From Pseudomonas phage HPP-Temi: 64,000 nucleotides of DNA. Below, in pieces: positions 18,369 through 29,011 of the stretch (positions within the stretch are counted from its first letter, which is position 1; each line of letters begins with the position of its first letter). Position numbers and translations under genes: made by a program. The stretch lies in sequence record PP968062.1; one strand, written 5' to 3'. The notes below the pieces were generated by a model. That model was not told where the DNA came from and did no database searches. It saw only the letters and a program-made list of their open reading frames with translations.

Positions 18369-18400
18369 AAAGCCCTGCCTTTTTGGGCAGGGCGATATGT
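18363..18400 (-). terminator. hairpin (gccctgcc-tttttg-ggcagggc) with GGCATAAAG / CGATATG flanks
   Basis: Motif family member, right after the stop at 18407. Confidence 0.55.
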
Positions 18401-18406
18401 TGTTAC

Positions 18407-20983
18407 TTACAGAGCTTTGCGAACAGCGCCAACGATACCATCAGCCATGTCGAGTGCGTGTTGAGTTGTGAACTTGTACGCATCAACGTGAGCGTGGGAT
18501 ACCTTCAGCATTGCAGAAGCCAGATCGTCGAGATCAGCTTGCTCGTTCCAACCCGATGCACGAGAAGTAGTATCGAATTCACTGGAACCCGTACTCAGAG
18601 CACGGTTACGAGTAACATCAAGATTAATGATGTCATCGATCGCTTTGGAACCAACCGAGTCAGCGAGTTTATCAGCCAGAGCAACGTAAGCCTTAGCCAT
18701 CTTCAGCATGTTAGCCAGATCAGCTTTTGTTACATCGAAGGAAGTAACACGATCAGCTACTTTGACTTTCTTGAACACAGGAACAAGAGTGTAGCCAATA
18801 GCTTCGATACCACTGTCACGACCACGTGCACCTTTCTCGTACTCAATAGCCCAACCACCCATGAGGGCGTTAGCCATGTTTTCCGGATACTTGGCAGGTT
18901 TGATGTTCAGAGCAGTCTTAACCAGCGGACCAGTCTTCTCGTAACCACCTTCGGTAACAGCCTTGTTGATTACACCTACTACTTCTTGCAGAGCACGTTC
19001 AGAGTCTTTGATACCCTTAACAGCGATCTCGGAAGTAACACGCAGGTCTTTAGCAACAGCCTGTACCAGGTTACCATCTTTGGTAGCCAGATCAGCGGAG
19101 ATACCTTTAATGGTTTCACGACCGATGTTGGATTGACTGAGTTTGGTCAGGGCCAGGTCTACATCTTTGTTAAGAGCGTTCGCACGTTTCTTAACTTTAG
19201 TGACCAGAGGACCTTCCCACCATTTGATCAACTTCTCGTTCAGAGCACGCTTCAGGCCAGTAATACGACTAAGGAAACCACGGAAGGATTCCAGCGAGGC
19301 ATTGTAGTACTTGTCGAGATCGTCTTTACCATAGTTTTCCATGGAAGGAATGGCAGGAGCTGCATTACCGAATGCCTTAGCGAGTTCATCCAGTTTAGAC
19401 TGAGTCAGAACCAAAGTCTGAACACTGTAGCTTTCGTTAGACAGACCATACTTCAGGATCTCCATGAAGCCTTCAACAGACTCTTTCTCTCTCTGAAGAT
19501 CTTCGATGGTACGAGAAGCATCAACGGCTTCTTCTTCATCAGCGTTAGCATCTTCTTCAGCTTCGTCTGCTTCTTTTGTGGCTTCGGCTACATCGTCCTC
19601 AGTGACATCAGTGTCAACGTCTTCGATATCCAGTTCACCTTCGTCAAAGTCAGCTTCGCCATCTGCGTCGATTTCTCCATCGGGAGCGTCTTCTTCGATT
19701 TCTTGGAGGACGGGCTCTTCTTCGGTGGATTCACTCTCAGACTCATTTGGAGTCTCATCGGTAGACTCGGGTTCTTCAGCTGGTGCATCTTCAACCTCCG
19801 TCTCAGTTTCGGCAGGAGTCTCTTCTTCGATAACAGGTTCGTCCGCAGGTGTCTCTTCGACTTCTTCAGTCTCAGTAGCACTGGGTTCTTCCAGTTCAAC
19901 CGGCGGTTCTTCCGCAGTAGACTCCTCAACAGGAGTTTCGCTTTCTTCTACAACGGGCTCTTCGAGTTCAGCTTCAGTCTCTGGGACTTGTTCTTCAACC
20001 GGAGTTTCCTCAGCAGGAATATCGGTGCCAGTATCTTCCGCAACTTCCTCAGTGGTCTCTTCAGTCTCAACTACGTCGGCAGCAACTTCTTCCTCGGTAG
20101 TTTCCGCAATTGATTCCTCTACCTGAGGTTCAGATACTTCGCCAGCTTCTTCTTCCAGTTCAGGAGTAGATACACCGTCTACGGGAGCATTAGCGTCGTC
20201 AGTAGCCTCGGGTTCCAGTTCCGGCATTTCTTCCTCTTCGCCACCTAGAGTCTCACCACCTTCAACAGCAGCAGGTTCTTCATTGGTAGCTTCAGGAGCA
20301 GCGTCACCAACATCGCCTACTTCAGACAGATCTGCCGAGGAGGTTTCATCGGTAGCTTCAACCGGAGCCTCAGGAGCTTCACCTATAGTTTCAGCTTCAG
20401 CGGTTTCACCAGCGTCATCAACTGTAGTTTCAGTATTCAAGGATTCGATGTCACCAGTCTGTTCGGAAGCACCGGTTTCACCGGAGTTCTCGATATCAAC
20501 ACCGGAATCACCTTGTTCGTCAGTAGCCGGAGTATTACCGTTTACATCGACATCACCGGACTCGATAGCTTGGGCATCGGAAGCAGCTGCATCAACAGTT
20601 TCTTGTTGAGTGGCTTGGATCTGCTCAGCTTGTTCGGTGAGTTGCTGTACTTCAGCAGCCTGAGCTTGTTCAGCTTGGCTAGCCGCAGCTTCAGCAGCGG
20701 TTTCGTTAGTAGTAGCCATCGGTTCAGGAATGCCAGTAGACTCATCGTTGGTCTCGCCAACGACAGGTTCTTCTACTACTTCCAGATCGCCATCAGGTTT
20801 TACTTCTTCGGTAGGGGTAGCTTGAGCCAGTTCATCACCAGCTTCAACCACATCATTTTCCGGAGTTGCAGATGCTTCTACGTTAGTAGCATCTACAGTT
20901 TCAACAGTCTCGGGCTTGTCTTCGGTGGAGCTCTCATCGAAGTCTTCGAGACTGGTGATATATTTGTGGATGTTCTTCAACAT
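18407..20983 (-). CDS. paralog-family protein, 858 aa, with an about 480-aa hyper-acidic E/T/P/V/A-rich N-terminal region and a conserved C-terminal core
   Basis: The core shares the motif block SMENY...L.KL with 5-6 neighbouring proteins; the N-terminus MLKNIHKYITSLEDF is shared with gene 22249..23676. Confidence 0.7.
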   Translation of the reverse strand: MLKNIHKYITSLEDFDESSTEDKPETVETVDATNVEASATPENDVVEAGDELAQATPTEEVKPDGDLEVVEEPVVGETNDESTGIPEPMATTNETAAEAAASQAEQAQAAEVQQLTEQAEQIQATQQETVDAAASDAQAIESGDVDVNGNTPATDEQGDSGVDIENSGETGASEQTGDIESLNTETTVDDAGETAEAETIGEAPEAPVEATDETSSADLSEVGDVGDAAPEATNEEPAAVEGGETLGGEEEEMPELEPEATDDANAPVDGVSTPELEEEAGEVSEPQVEESIAETTEEEVAADVVETEETTEEVAEDTGTDIPAEETPVEEQVPETEAELEEPVVEESETPVEESTAEEPPVELEEPSATETEEVEETPADEPVIEEETPAETETEVEDAPAEEPESTDETPNESESESTEEEPVLQEIEEDAPDGEIDADGEADFDEGELDIEDVDTDVTEDDVAEATKEADEAEEDANADEEEAVDASRTIEDLQREKESVEGFMEILKYGLSNESYSVQTLVLTQSKLDELAKAFGNAAPAIPSMENYGKDDLDKYYNASLESFRGFLSRITGLKRALNEKLIKWWEGPLVTKVKKRANALNKDVDLALTKLSQSNIGRETIKGISADLATKDGNLVQAVAKDLRVTSEIAVKGIKDSERALQEVVGVINKAVTEGGYEKTGPLVKTALNIKPAKYPENMANALMGGWAIEYEKGARGRDSGIEAIGYTLVPVFKKVKVADRVTSFDVTKADLANMLKMAKAYVALADKLADSVGSKAIDDIINLDVTRNRALSTGSSEFDTTSRASGWNEQADLDDLASAMLKVSHAHVDAYKFTTQHALDMADGIVGAVRKAL

Positions 20984-21007
20984 GTTGTTTACCTTTCTGT
21001 ACAGAAT

Positions 21008-21040
21008 ACGAGTAGCGCTGTTCGTCCTAAACGCTACTCA
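21008..21040 (-). terminator. hairpin (gagtagcg...cgctactc)
   Basis: 8-bp stem after the stop of gene 21079..22200. Confidence 0.45.
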
Positions 21041-21078
21041 TGGACGAAACACTGTTTCAGATTATTGAACGCCATGGC

Positions 21079-22200
21079 TTACTTAATGTTGGCACTGCAT
21101 ACATTAAGAGTAGCGTTAAGATTACGCCCGGCAAGAGCCAAGACACCCAAATAAGGATTAGCAAGCCAATCAATGTAGCGCTCAAGCACTTCAACAAACT
21201 GACGTAGAACTGTTTCATCTACTCCCTCGATTTGGTCATTGGCAACCTGATTACGGATTCCTTTAACAATTGCAAGCATTGCACGGATCCGTTCCTTACG
21301 ACGATGACGAATGTTCATGCCACTAGCACGTCCAAACATTTCAGCCATCTTCTCTACTTGGCGCAATACAGAGATCTGTACAGGACCGCCAAAATGTTGG
21401 AACTTGATCACACTAGGAATCGGAAGCGGGTCACGCTCGGAGTTATCTAGCTTAACGCTGATACCCATCATTCGTTCGTAACCAGTAGCCTCTGGTGCCT
21501 TATCAAGGACGACCATTTGGTAATTACCCATTAGGTGTAGAGACTCATGGCGGTAACCGCGATGGTTGTACAGCGGATTGGATGCAACCATCTTAACAGG
21601 GTTATTCAACATGATGGTTTCAATGAGCTTCTTCAGTTCCTCAGTCGACTTGATAGTGGTAGGGATATGGAATGCAGCTCGAATGAGTTCTTCGTTGTTA
21701 TAGTCAAAGAACTGTTTACCGATTTGTTCTAGGTTCTTTAGGTTTGCAATTAAAGCCTGAACTTCGTTAATAGCCTTATACCGAACACACAGGTTCTGGA
21801 TACGTGTAGCTACTTCGAAGGTAGGTTCCTTAGAACGACGTGCAGTAGTACGAGTGAGCGTACTTAGTTCTTCTACACGGAGAAGGATCTTATCGAAGGC
21901 AAGAGACAATGCAAGACTACCATCAAACATGTCTTCCATGATTCGAGTAAGGAAAGCAATGATCTTATCCAGAATACCGACTACGGTACCTTTAAAGTCT
22001 TCACAACCTAGATCCAGTAGATGAGCTTCTCTTTGGAAAACGGGATAGTTCTCAAATCCACCAATGAGATCGAGAATCCGATTAGCAGTTGCTTCATCTT
22101 TTTCCAGTAGTGCACTAAGAGCCGCAGGAGAATCATCGAATACTACGGTTTCCTCTTGCGGTGGGATTTCCACTTCGAGAGGGATAGTTTGTGTTTCCAT
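21079..22200 (-). CDS. hypothetical protein, 373 aa, possibly a divergent member of the paralog family (FENY...DKIIAFLTRIMEDM)
   Basis: ORF; weak motif resemblance. Confidence 0.6.
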   Translation of the reverse strand: METQTIPLEVEIPPQEETVVFDDSPAALSALLEKDEATANRILDLIGGFENYPVFQREAHLLDLGCEDFKGTVVGILDKIIAFLTRIMEDMFDGSLALSLAFDKILLRVEELSTLTRTTARRSKEPTFEVATRIQNLCVRYKAINEVQALIANLKNLEQIGKQFFDYNNEELIRAAFHIPTTIKSTEELKKLIETIMLNNPVKMVASNPLYNHRGYRHESLHLMGNYQMVVLDKAPEATGYERMMGISVKLDNSERDPLPIPSVIKFQHFGGPVQISVLRQVEKMAEMFGRASGMNIRHRRKERIRAMLAIVKGIRNQVANDQIEGVDETVLRQFVEVLERYIDWLANPYLGVLALAGRNLNATLNVCSANIK

Positions 22201-22213
22201 ATTAACTCCTGAA

Positions 22214-22250
22214 CATAAGACGGGACTCCGAAGAGCCCCGTCGATGTCTT
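22214..22250 (-). terminator. hairpin (gacgggactc-cgaa-gagccccgtc) plus CTTATG
   Basis: Family member between co-directional genes. Confidence 0.55.
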
Positions 22251-23676
22251 AGTCTTTTGCCGGCGCTTTATGCATGGCGACTTCTTGCATGTAGACAGAA
22301 GCGTAGGCTGCAACAGTGCGGGTAACGTACCGAATGATTTCACGAGAACGCGGGTTGGATTCGCGAATCATTTCCAGAGCGGTTTGAGTTACTTTGCGAG
22401 CAGCTGCTTTAGAAGCTTCGTCCAGATCAGCGGAGGTCAGTTGACCTTCGATCTTCTCAACGGCTTTCTTAATAGCTTCGGCACCTTCTTTGATCTTACC
22501 GTGTTCGTCACGAGCCTTCTTCAGGATCTCGATAACGTTACGCAGATTCTTGGTGTTCTTACGCAGAGTGCTCGGATCAGATACCTTCACTTCGAATTCA
22601 GCTGGAGCTTCTTTCGCAGAAGCAGCTGGACCGATACCGTAGACGATACCATCAGCATGCAGTTCTACACGCATATTGCCAGGGAACACATCGTGGTTAG
22701 CACCATAGATATCATCCAGCGGAGCGATAGCGTGACGGAGTTTATCCGACATTTCATCGCCATCACCTTTGACAACACTGTAGCTGTTCAGCAGCTTAGC
22801 CAGGTTCTCGTAATACTTCTTAACTGCGCTCGGATAAACGTAAGCAGAGAAGTGAGCCAGACCCGAGAGAGCTTTGGTATCGTTCAGTTTGGATTTACCG
22901 TTAGCAAACACAGGACCCGGATTACTCAGGATAAAGGTCTTACCGGTACCACTCCAAACATTACCACCCGCTTCAAGAGCTTCTTCTACTTTAGCAACAG
23001 CGTTATCTGCTTTGGTGATACCAGTCATCAGATTCTCAACGCCATCAAGGATAGCGGTAACAATCTTAGCGATGATCTCTTTCAGTTTCTCGAACGCCTT
23101 GTTAGCGTACTCTTTGATATCTTCAACAGAGATCTCAGCACGCAGGATAGCAGAACGATCACCGGCATCATACGATTCGAGACCAGTGGAAATTTTATTG
23201 GTACCCAGGACACGTTCAACTTGTTTGATACCTACACGGAGGAAGGCAGCAGTTTGTTGAGAGATATCACCACGAGCTTGACGCAGGAGACCAGTATAAG
23301 CTTCCAGAGCGTGTTGTGTTTCGATCAGTTCGTCAGCACGTTGTTCCAAGATCTCTTTCTCAACATGAGCATGAGAAACAGCATCGAGAACGCCAGCGGC
23401 TTCAGTTACATCGATAGGACCTTCAACCGGAACGATCTCGACAGGGACTTCAGTCGGAACAGGTTCAACAACATCTGCACCTACGGCACCGATTTCAGGA
23501 ACCGGAGTAGGAACAGGGAGTTCTTCAGGAACAGTGGTACCAACCACCGGAGTCTCTACGACTTCAACGGGTTGGGTTTCGATAGGAGCTTCTGCAACGG
23601 CAGCAACTTCTGGAGTAACCGGAGCTTCTTGGAACTCTTCCAGGCTACTGGTATACTTATGGATGGATCGTAGCAT
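22249..23676 (-). CDS. paralog-family protein, 475 aa (P/V/E-rich N-terminal extension)
   Basis: Motif ALEAYTGLLRQARGDISQQTAAFLRVGIKQVERVLG...GLESYD is shared with the other paralogs. Confidence 0.7.
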   Translation of the reverse strand: MLRSIHKYTSSLEEFQEAPVTPEVAAVAEAPIETQPVEVVETPVVGTTVPEELPVPTPVPEIGAVGADVVEPVPTEVPVEIVPVEGPIDVTEAAGVLDAVSHAHVEKEILEQRADELIETQHALEAYTGLLRQARGDISQQTAAFLRVGIKQVERVLGTNKISTGLESYDAGDRSAILRAEISVEDIKEYANKAFEKLKEIIAKIVTAILDGVENLMTGITKADNAVAKVEEALEAGGNVWSGTGKTFILSNPGPVFANGKSKLNDTKALSGLAHFSAYVYPSAVKKYYENLAKLLNSYSVVKGDGDEMSDKLRHAIAPLDDIYGANHDVFPGNMRVELHADGIVYGIGPAASAKEAPAEFEVKVSDPSTLRKNTKNLRNVIEILKKARDEHGKIKEGAEAIKKAVEKIEGQLTSADLDEASKAAARKVTQTALEMIRESNPRSREIIRYVTRTVAAYASVYMQEVAMHKAPAKD

Positions 23677-23736
23677 TACATTTTCCTCAGAGGAGAATCA
23701 TCGCGCGATGATGATTGTTGATAACCATAGAATTGG

Positions 23737-24897
23737 TTAAGATGCGGCACTGAGCTCCATCTCACAGACCTTGTTACGGATGTCTGTAATCGAGTTGATG
23801 CGTGCAACAATAGGACCGTAGCTAGGACGGAGTTTAGGGATGAAGTCCATCACGATGCTGGATACCTGATCCAGAGCTTCACGAGACTTCTTCCAAACGG
23901 TTTCCCCACGGCGATCTTCAAGCTTGATAAGATCCTGAGTCAGACACTTCATCTGGTCATAAATCTTAGCCTCTTCCTTAAACAGCTCACCCAGATTGTT
24001 AGTAACCTGCAAGTTGTGTTTAAGAGTGCGTTCAATTTCAAGACGGCTACGTACGTGATGTTCGTACTCATGTGGACCTTCAGTCATCTCATCGTCATGT
24101 ATAACGTAAGGACCTAGGGAGTCATGGCGGAAACGAATCAGGTAGTTACCAGGAAGGACAATGTCTTTCATGGGGTAGACGATACTGGTATGCTTACCAA
24201 TGAACTCTGAGTTTGCTTCAAAGGTCGTAATGTCACCAGTTTCTACATCATAGCTCTTGAGCGATTTGCATAGGCGATTGATGTTATCAATGACGTACTT
24301 CGGATACGTTTGCACGAAGAACTTCATTACAGCGGTTTCAGCTTTGAAATCGTCCAGGCAGAACTCAGAGCCTGCAAAAAGTTTTGTTGCTCCACTGATA
24401 GTGATCGTAGTGTCACCATTGTGGAATTCCATGCTCGTCTTCCGAGAAGGAGATTGACGAGTCAGTTTCAAGAGTTCTTCTGTTTTCTTTTCAGTACGAG
24501 TAAGACCGCTCGTTACTCGTTGAGCAAGTTGCTTAGCTTCTTCGATGATCTTTTCGATCAACTCAAGAATCTTCTTACCGATTTCTTTTAACTTATCAAC
24601 AAGAGACTCTTGCGATACAGTCGGATCAGTTAACAGGGCTTCAAGCGATACACGTTCTTTCTTACCCAGTACGTGATCAATGTGTTCAAGGCCAACAGCC
24701 ATGAACTTACGGGTTTGTAAACTAAGACCATCTCGACCAGCATCAGTCAGTTGGTCGAGATAGTTTTCAACAGCAATGTGCGCTTCAAACAGTTCTCGGA
24801 ATTCATGTTCGTGATCATTGATGATCATGTCAGGATATTCTTCTTGGGGACTGTCTTTCAACTGAGGGCGGTTAGCCGGGTTTTGACGGGTGTCCAT
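23737..24897 (-). CDS. paralog-family protein, 386 aa
   Basis: Motif AVENYLDQLTDAGRDGLSLQTRKFMAVGLEHIDHVLG...SLEAL. Confidence 0.65.
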   Translation of the reverse strand: MDTRQNPANRPQLKDSPQEEYPDMIINDHEHEFRELFEAHIAVENYLDQLTDAGRDGLSLQTRKFMAVGLEHIDHVLGKKERVSLEALLTDPTVSQESLVDKLKEIGKKILELIEKIIEEAKQLAQRVTSGLTRTEKKTEELLKLTRQSPSRKTSMEFHNGDTTITISGATKLFAGSEFCLDDFKAETAVMKFFVQTYPKYVIDNINRLCKSLKSYDVETGDITTFEANSEFIGKHTSIVYPMKDIVLPGNYLIRFRHDSLGPYVIHDDEMTEGPHEYEHHVRSRLEIERTLKHNLQVTNNLGELFKEEAKIYDQMKCLTQDLIKLEDRRGETVWKKSREALDQVSSIVMDFIPKLRPSYGPIVARINSITDIRNKVCEMELSAAS

Positions 24898-24939
24898 TGT
24901 ACGGTCTCATTGAGTTAAACATAGAATTTGGCAAGACAG

Positions 24940-24973
24940 TCATAAAGCCCTCCTTCGGGAGGGCTTTTATGTT
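24940..24973 (-). terminator. hairpin (gccctcc-ttcg-ggagggc) with CATAAAG / CTTTTATG flanks
   Basis: Family member. Confidence 0.55.
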
Positions 24974-26234
24974 AGTACTTAGTAAGCTCGTGTTTAGCGA
25001 TAGTCAGCTTGGCGTAAACAGAGGTTACGATCTGACGTTCAACTTGAGCGATTACATCCAGCGAACGGATCTTAGTGATCAGATTGGAGATAGCACCGAA
25101 TACAGCAGGATCATCCAGTTCAACGGTCAACTTAGCGCCGAGGTCATTGGATAGTTGTTGCAGTTCAGCATTGTGGCGATTCACAGCTGCATCATCAGTC
25201 ATGATACTCAGAACGCTTTCGCATTCTTGAGCAAACTTGGTGATAGCACTGGCAGGACGCAGTTCAACTTCGATAGGACCTTCAGCATCTGTACCTTTGA
25301 TGATCTTGAAGCCGAGGTTATCCATATCCCAGGACAGACGAATACTACCCGGAAGGAAGTCTTGACCAACAGAAGCTTGAGTGACGTTAGTCATCTCAGT
25401 GTGGGTATGATCCAGAACACTTTCGATGTATTCTTGAGCACTACCTTTACCAACGTTGTTAGTAGCGAATTTCATTACCGACATCAGAGCTTTCGGTAGA
25501 CGATCGTACAGGAATACAACATAAGCTTTCTCGTTAGCAATCGTATCATAGGTGTTCTCACCATCGGCTACGATGTTACGGGTATCTTCGATCTTGACTT
25601 TGGTAGACTCTTCATCAACATCGCCCTTACGAGCTTGAATCTCTTCAGCTTTCTTACGTAGATCTTCCGAAACATTGTCCGGTACTGAACCACGCATCTT
25701 ACCGCCAGGATAAGCGGGGAATGCACGAGAAGCCAACATAAGTTGTTGAGCAGCTTGTTTGGTTTTAGCCTTAGGACCAGCCAGTTTCTGATAAACAGCC
25801 TTAGCACGTTCGATCAGTTTAGCAATGAACTCCATGATACGCTTGCCAAGGGCCTGTACACGCTCTTTAACGTCCTCAATCGACACAGTGGTAGTCTGCA
25901 AGCCGTCACGCAGAGAACACGTCTTAAACGCTTCCAGAGACAGTGCTTCGCGCTGGATACCAAGACTAGCATCGATCTGTTTCATACCAATCCGCATCAT
26001 GGCAGCGGACTGTTTGGTGATACCTTTATCACCAGCTTGTTTCAGGAGTTGAGAATATGCTTCGAGGGATTCAGCGACACCTTCGAGTTCTTCGGATTCA
26101 ACTACTTCTTGTTCTGCAACTTCATTTTGGAAGTCGGATACGTCTTCAATCTCGACCTGGATATCCTCAGCAGGTTCGATGATCGTGTCAGCGGGTTCTG
26201 TATTTACGTTACAGGGCATTTCGGTGTCTAACAT
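24972..26234 (-). CDS. paralog-family protein, 420 aa
   Basis: Motif SLEAYSQLLKQAGDKGITKQSAAMMRIGMKQIDASLG...SLEAF. Confidence 0.7.
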   Translation of the reverse strand: MLDTEMPCNVNTEPADTIIEPAEDIQVEIEDVSDFQNEVAEQEVVESEELEGVAESLEAYSQLLKQAGDKGITKQSAAMMRIGMKQIDASLGIQREALSLEAFKTCSLRDGLQTTTVSIEDVKERVQALGKRIMEFIAKLIERAKAVYQKLAGPKAKTKQAAQQLMLASRAFPAYPGGKMRGSVPDNVSEDLRKKAEEIQARKGDVDEESTKVKIEDTRNIVADGENTYDTIANEKAYVVFLYDRLPKALMSVMKFATNNVGKGSAQEYIESVLDHTHTEMTNVTQASVGQDFLPGSIRLSWDMDNLGFKIIKGTDAEGPIEVELRPASAITKFAQECESVLSIMTDDAAVNRHNAELQQLSNDLGAKLTVELDDPAVFGAISNLITKIRSLDVIAQVERQIVTSVYAKLTIAKHELTKY

Positions 26235-26261
26235 GATTGCCTCGAAAAGGGAGTTGGATTA

Positions 26262-26298
26262 CATAGCATAAAGGGAGCCGAAGCTCCCCATGCTTTTA
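26262..26298 (-). terminator. hairpin (gggagc-cgaa-gctccc) with CATAGCATAAAG flank; on minus, CCCTTTATGCTATG
   Basis: Family member. Confidence 0.55.
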
Positions 26299-28983
26299 AC
26301 GAGTGGATGCATCCATCCAGTTCATCAGACCACGGATGTAAGTGAAGTAGAACTCCCACTGCCCACCACCGGCCTTGAAGAATGTAGCTTCGCCATCGTT
26401 ACCAAACTCGGCAATCTTACTTGCCAGTTTGACACACCATTTCTGAGTGTCATCTTTGGTATACTGAGCGATGTTACGGATGACATCAGTGTACTTACCA
26501 GTGCCAGCCATGTGAGCAGGAACGAAACGACTAAACAGACCGTGTTCGTTTACGACGTTGAAGGTTTCCCACCAAGTCTTACCCATAGAAGCTTCCCAAT
26601 AACCTTCTACGTAATCGATAGCTTTAATGATTTCAGCAGCAGCTTCAGCAACCTGTTCTTGGGTCATTGCAGGGAGAGTAACTTCAGCGTAAGAGTGAGC
26701 CATACCGGAGTTGTACTTAACCGGTTTGAACTTCTCAGCATCGAAGCTCGGCATTGCGTCGTACATCTTCTGCGCTTTCTCAGGATGGGTGCGATACTCC
26801 ATCTTGATCAGATAGTCGGTATACGGTTTAACAGATGCCGCTGCACGAGTGAATACAGATGCGTTACCACGAAGGGTTTGATTCAGGTGGCCAACCGCTT
26901 TAGCAATAACCTGTTTGAAATTATCATCCAGAGACGGGTCACCTTTGAACTTAACCTCACCTTCTACGAAGCGACGATTCTTCAGCCAGTTCGGATCAGC
27001 AAAAGTCTTAGCGATCTTTTCTTTGGCGGCAAGGTAACGTTCAGGTTGTAAATCTTCTTTGCGACCATGAATCATCGCATTGAAGAAATGACCTACTTCG
27101 TCGAAGAAACCTTCGTTAGAGAATACCAGGGGGTCATGGGACTCCATACCGGCACCTTTAACTTTCAGGTTGTTCAGGCATGCTTCCAGATACATCGCTT
27201 TACCGGACGAAGTATAGGTGACAAGAGTTGTAACCATTTGCAGGTTCATTTCTTGGATCATCTTAGTGATAGTACTAACGTACAGTTGTTGCAGTTCTTG
27301 AGTGTAACGTTCATCACCACCAGTACGGGCAGCTTTGATAGCTTCCTGAGACTTCTTCTGAGCGGAATCAACAATGCGAGTAATACGATCAGACTTACCA
27401 GCATTCTGATAGAACTTCTGGAGTGCCTTCAATTGAGTTTCAATCTGACCACGTTCAAGAGCATCGAGTTCTTCGCCAACGCGATCATCAGTAGCACGCT
27501 CAAGAATCAGTGCATGCCCTTCACGGATAATCTTACCACCACCAGGCAGAGCTTTCTCAACTTTGTCTTTGTTGGATTCGAGGCGTTGTTCAATGATAGC
27601 TTTGAACTCAGCTACGCCTTCACTCGAAGCTTCCATCTTAGCCAGTTGCTGACCAAGGAAGACAACGTTGGATTGCATAGCCATCGCGGCAGATACAGCC
27701 AGATCGATTACAGCTACTTCAGCAGAGGTATCAGTACCTACGAACTTACCGTCGGCATAGAAAAAGCGAGCTTTAGAAACTTTGATCTTCTCGTTTTCGG
27801 CGTAAGCGTTACGAGGCGTCTCAGCGATTGCGGTCAATGCCTTCTGTACACGGTCTTCAGCGCGGCTACGTTCGAAATCGAAGTTCTTCAGGTACTCAAC
27901 GAGCTTAGCCCAAAGTTCTTGGATCTTCTTGTAAATAGCACCACCGATTTGTTTCATACGACCAGTGATGGTATCTTCATTGACGTCTACCGATTCCATA
28001 GCGGAACGAGGAGTAGTGTCGAAAGATTCCAGACCAGTTGCTTTAGTCTTCAGACCAAATGTACGATCGATGTGCATCAGACTCGAATGCAGTACAGCAG
28101 CCGATTGCTTGGAGATACGACCGGACTTAACGATATCGTGATAAGCTTCTAGTGCAGTCTGTGCATCATGGAGCGAATCAATACTGGAAGATACTTGTTC
28201 GATACGATCGTGCGCCAGTTGAGTGGATTCATCCATTTCAACATCAGCAGCAGTCATCGGTTCAGCAGGAGCAATTTCTTCGATCGGATGAGCTAGAGGT
28301 TCGCCTTCAATGTTTTCATTCGAGGGCTTCTCTTCTTCCGAGGTTTCGCTTTCTTGAATTTCTTCACTGGCAGCTGCTTCATGGGCTTCTACCTGCTCAT
28401 GAGCTGTGGGTTCTTCAGCAGGAGTCTCGGACTCTACTTCAGATTCAGCTTCTGTTTCAGAAACGGGGGTTTCCATTTGAGTGCTGGGAGCAGCGGGATT
28501 CTCAATTGGCTCAGGAAGAGCATTCTCTTCAACCACTTCGGTGTCCGTGGATTCTTCGCTAACTTCCTCACTAGGAGTTTCGTTAACAGCGGGTTCAGTA
28601 GCCGCACCAACATCTTCAGGAGTAATAGCAGGTTCATCGCTGTTCTCGCGTACTACTTCAGACTCGGAACGTTGAGCTTCGATATTCGGCTTCTCACCGG
28701 TACCGTCCCATAGGGGTTCATGAGCATCACCGAAGTCTTCATGACCATAGATGCCTTGACGAGTAACCCACTCACCTTTAACGAATACCCAGTCAACACC
28801 GTTAACGTGGTATACCGCACCTTCTTCCGGATTCTCGGGAAGGTCTTTGGTAGTGGTCAGTGCTTTTACAGACGTCTCTACGGATTCAACCGGAACATCA
28901 TGGGCGACACCGTCGCCAATCGATTCGTTAGAAAGAGTGGCTTTACCACCACCCAGGTGCTTTTGCAGATTATGAATAGACAT
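26296..28983 (-). CDS. paralog-family protein, 895 aa (about 250-aa acidic N-terminal region)
   Basis: Motif ALEAYHDIVKSGRISKQSAAVLHSSLMHIDRTFG...GLESFD. Confidence 0.7.
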   Translation of the reverse strand: MSIHNLQKHLGGGKATLSNESIGDGVAHDVPVESVETSVKALTTTKDLPENPEEGAVYHVNGVDWVFVKGEWVTRQGIYGHEDFGDAHEPLWDGTGEKPNIEAQRSESEVVRENSDEPAITPEDVGAATEPAVNETPSEEVSEESTDTEVVEENALPEPIENPAAPSTQMETPVSETEAESEVESETPAEEPTAHEQVEAHEAAASEEIQESETSEEEKPSNENIEGEPLAHPIEEIAPAEPMTAADVEMDESTQLAHDRIEQVSSSIDSLHDAQTALEAYHDIVKSGRISKQSAAVLHSSLMHIDRTFGLKTKATGLESFDTTPRSAMESVDVNEDTITGRMKQIGGAIYKKIQELWAKLVEYLKNFDFERSRAEDRVQKALTAIAETPRNAYAENEKIKVSKARFFYADGKFVGTDTSAEVAVIDLAVSAAMAMQSNVVFLGQQLAKMEASSEGVAEFKAIIEQRLESNKDKVEKALPGGGKIIREGHALILERATDDRVGEELDALERGQIETQLKALQKFYQNAGKSDRITRIVDSAQKKSQEAIKAARTGGDERYTQELQQLYVSTITKMIQEMNLQMVTTLVTYTSSGKAMYLEACLNNLKVKGAGMESHDPLVFSNEGFFDEVGHFFNAMIHGRKEDLQPERYLAAKEKIAKTFADPNWLKNRRFVEGEVKFKGDPSLDDNFKQVIAKAVGHLNQTLRGNASVFTRAAASVKPYTDYLIKMEYRTHPEKAQKMYDAMPSFDAEKFKPVKYNSGMAHSYAEVTLPAMTQEQVAEAAAEIIKAIDYVEGYWEASMGKTWWETFNVVNEHGLFSRFVPAHMAGTGKYTDVIRNIAQYTKDDTQKWCVKLASKIAEFGNDGEATFFKAGGGQWEFYFTYIRGLMNWMDASTR

Positions 28984-29011
28984 ATCGATTCTCTGACTTG
29001 TGAATTGGATA

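Noticed and set aside
18383-20126. Plus-strand 576-aa ORF and a Ser-rich 206-aa ORF antisense to the acidic paralog gene.
   Set aside because: The Ser/Phe-rich translation is the mirror of the GAA/GAG-rich coding strand; this is the classic antisense artefact.
19500-20500. Repetitive acidic-codon region checked as a possible CRISPR array or tandem DNA repeat.
   Set aside because: There is no regular repeat-spacer periodicity. The repeats are protein-level low complexity inside an ORF.
22270-23673. Plus-strand 467-aa ORF antisense to the paralog gene 22249..23676.
   Set aside because: Fully overlaps a gene that has family support; a shadow ORF.
27067-28152. Plus-strand 361-aa ORF, and ORFs at 26290..27051, 28152..28562 and 28354..28713, antisense to the 895-aa paralog gene.
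   Set aside because: Shadow ORFs inside the paralog gene.
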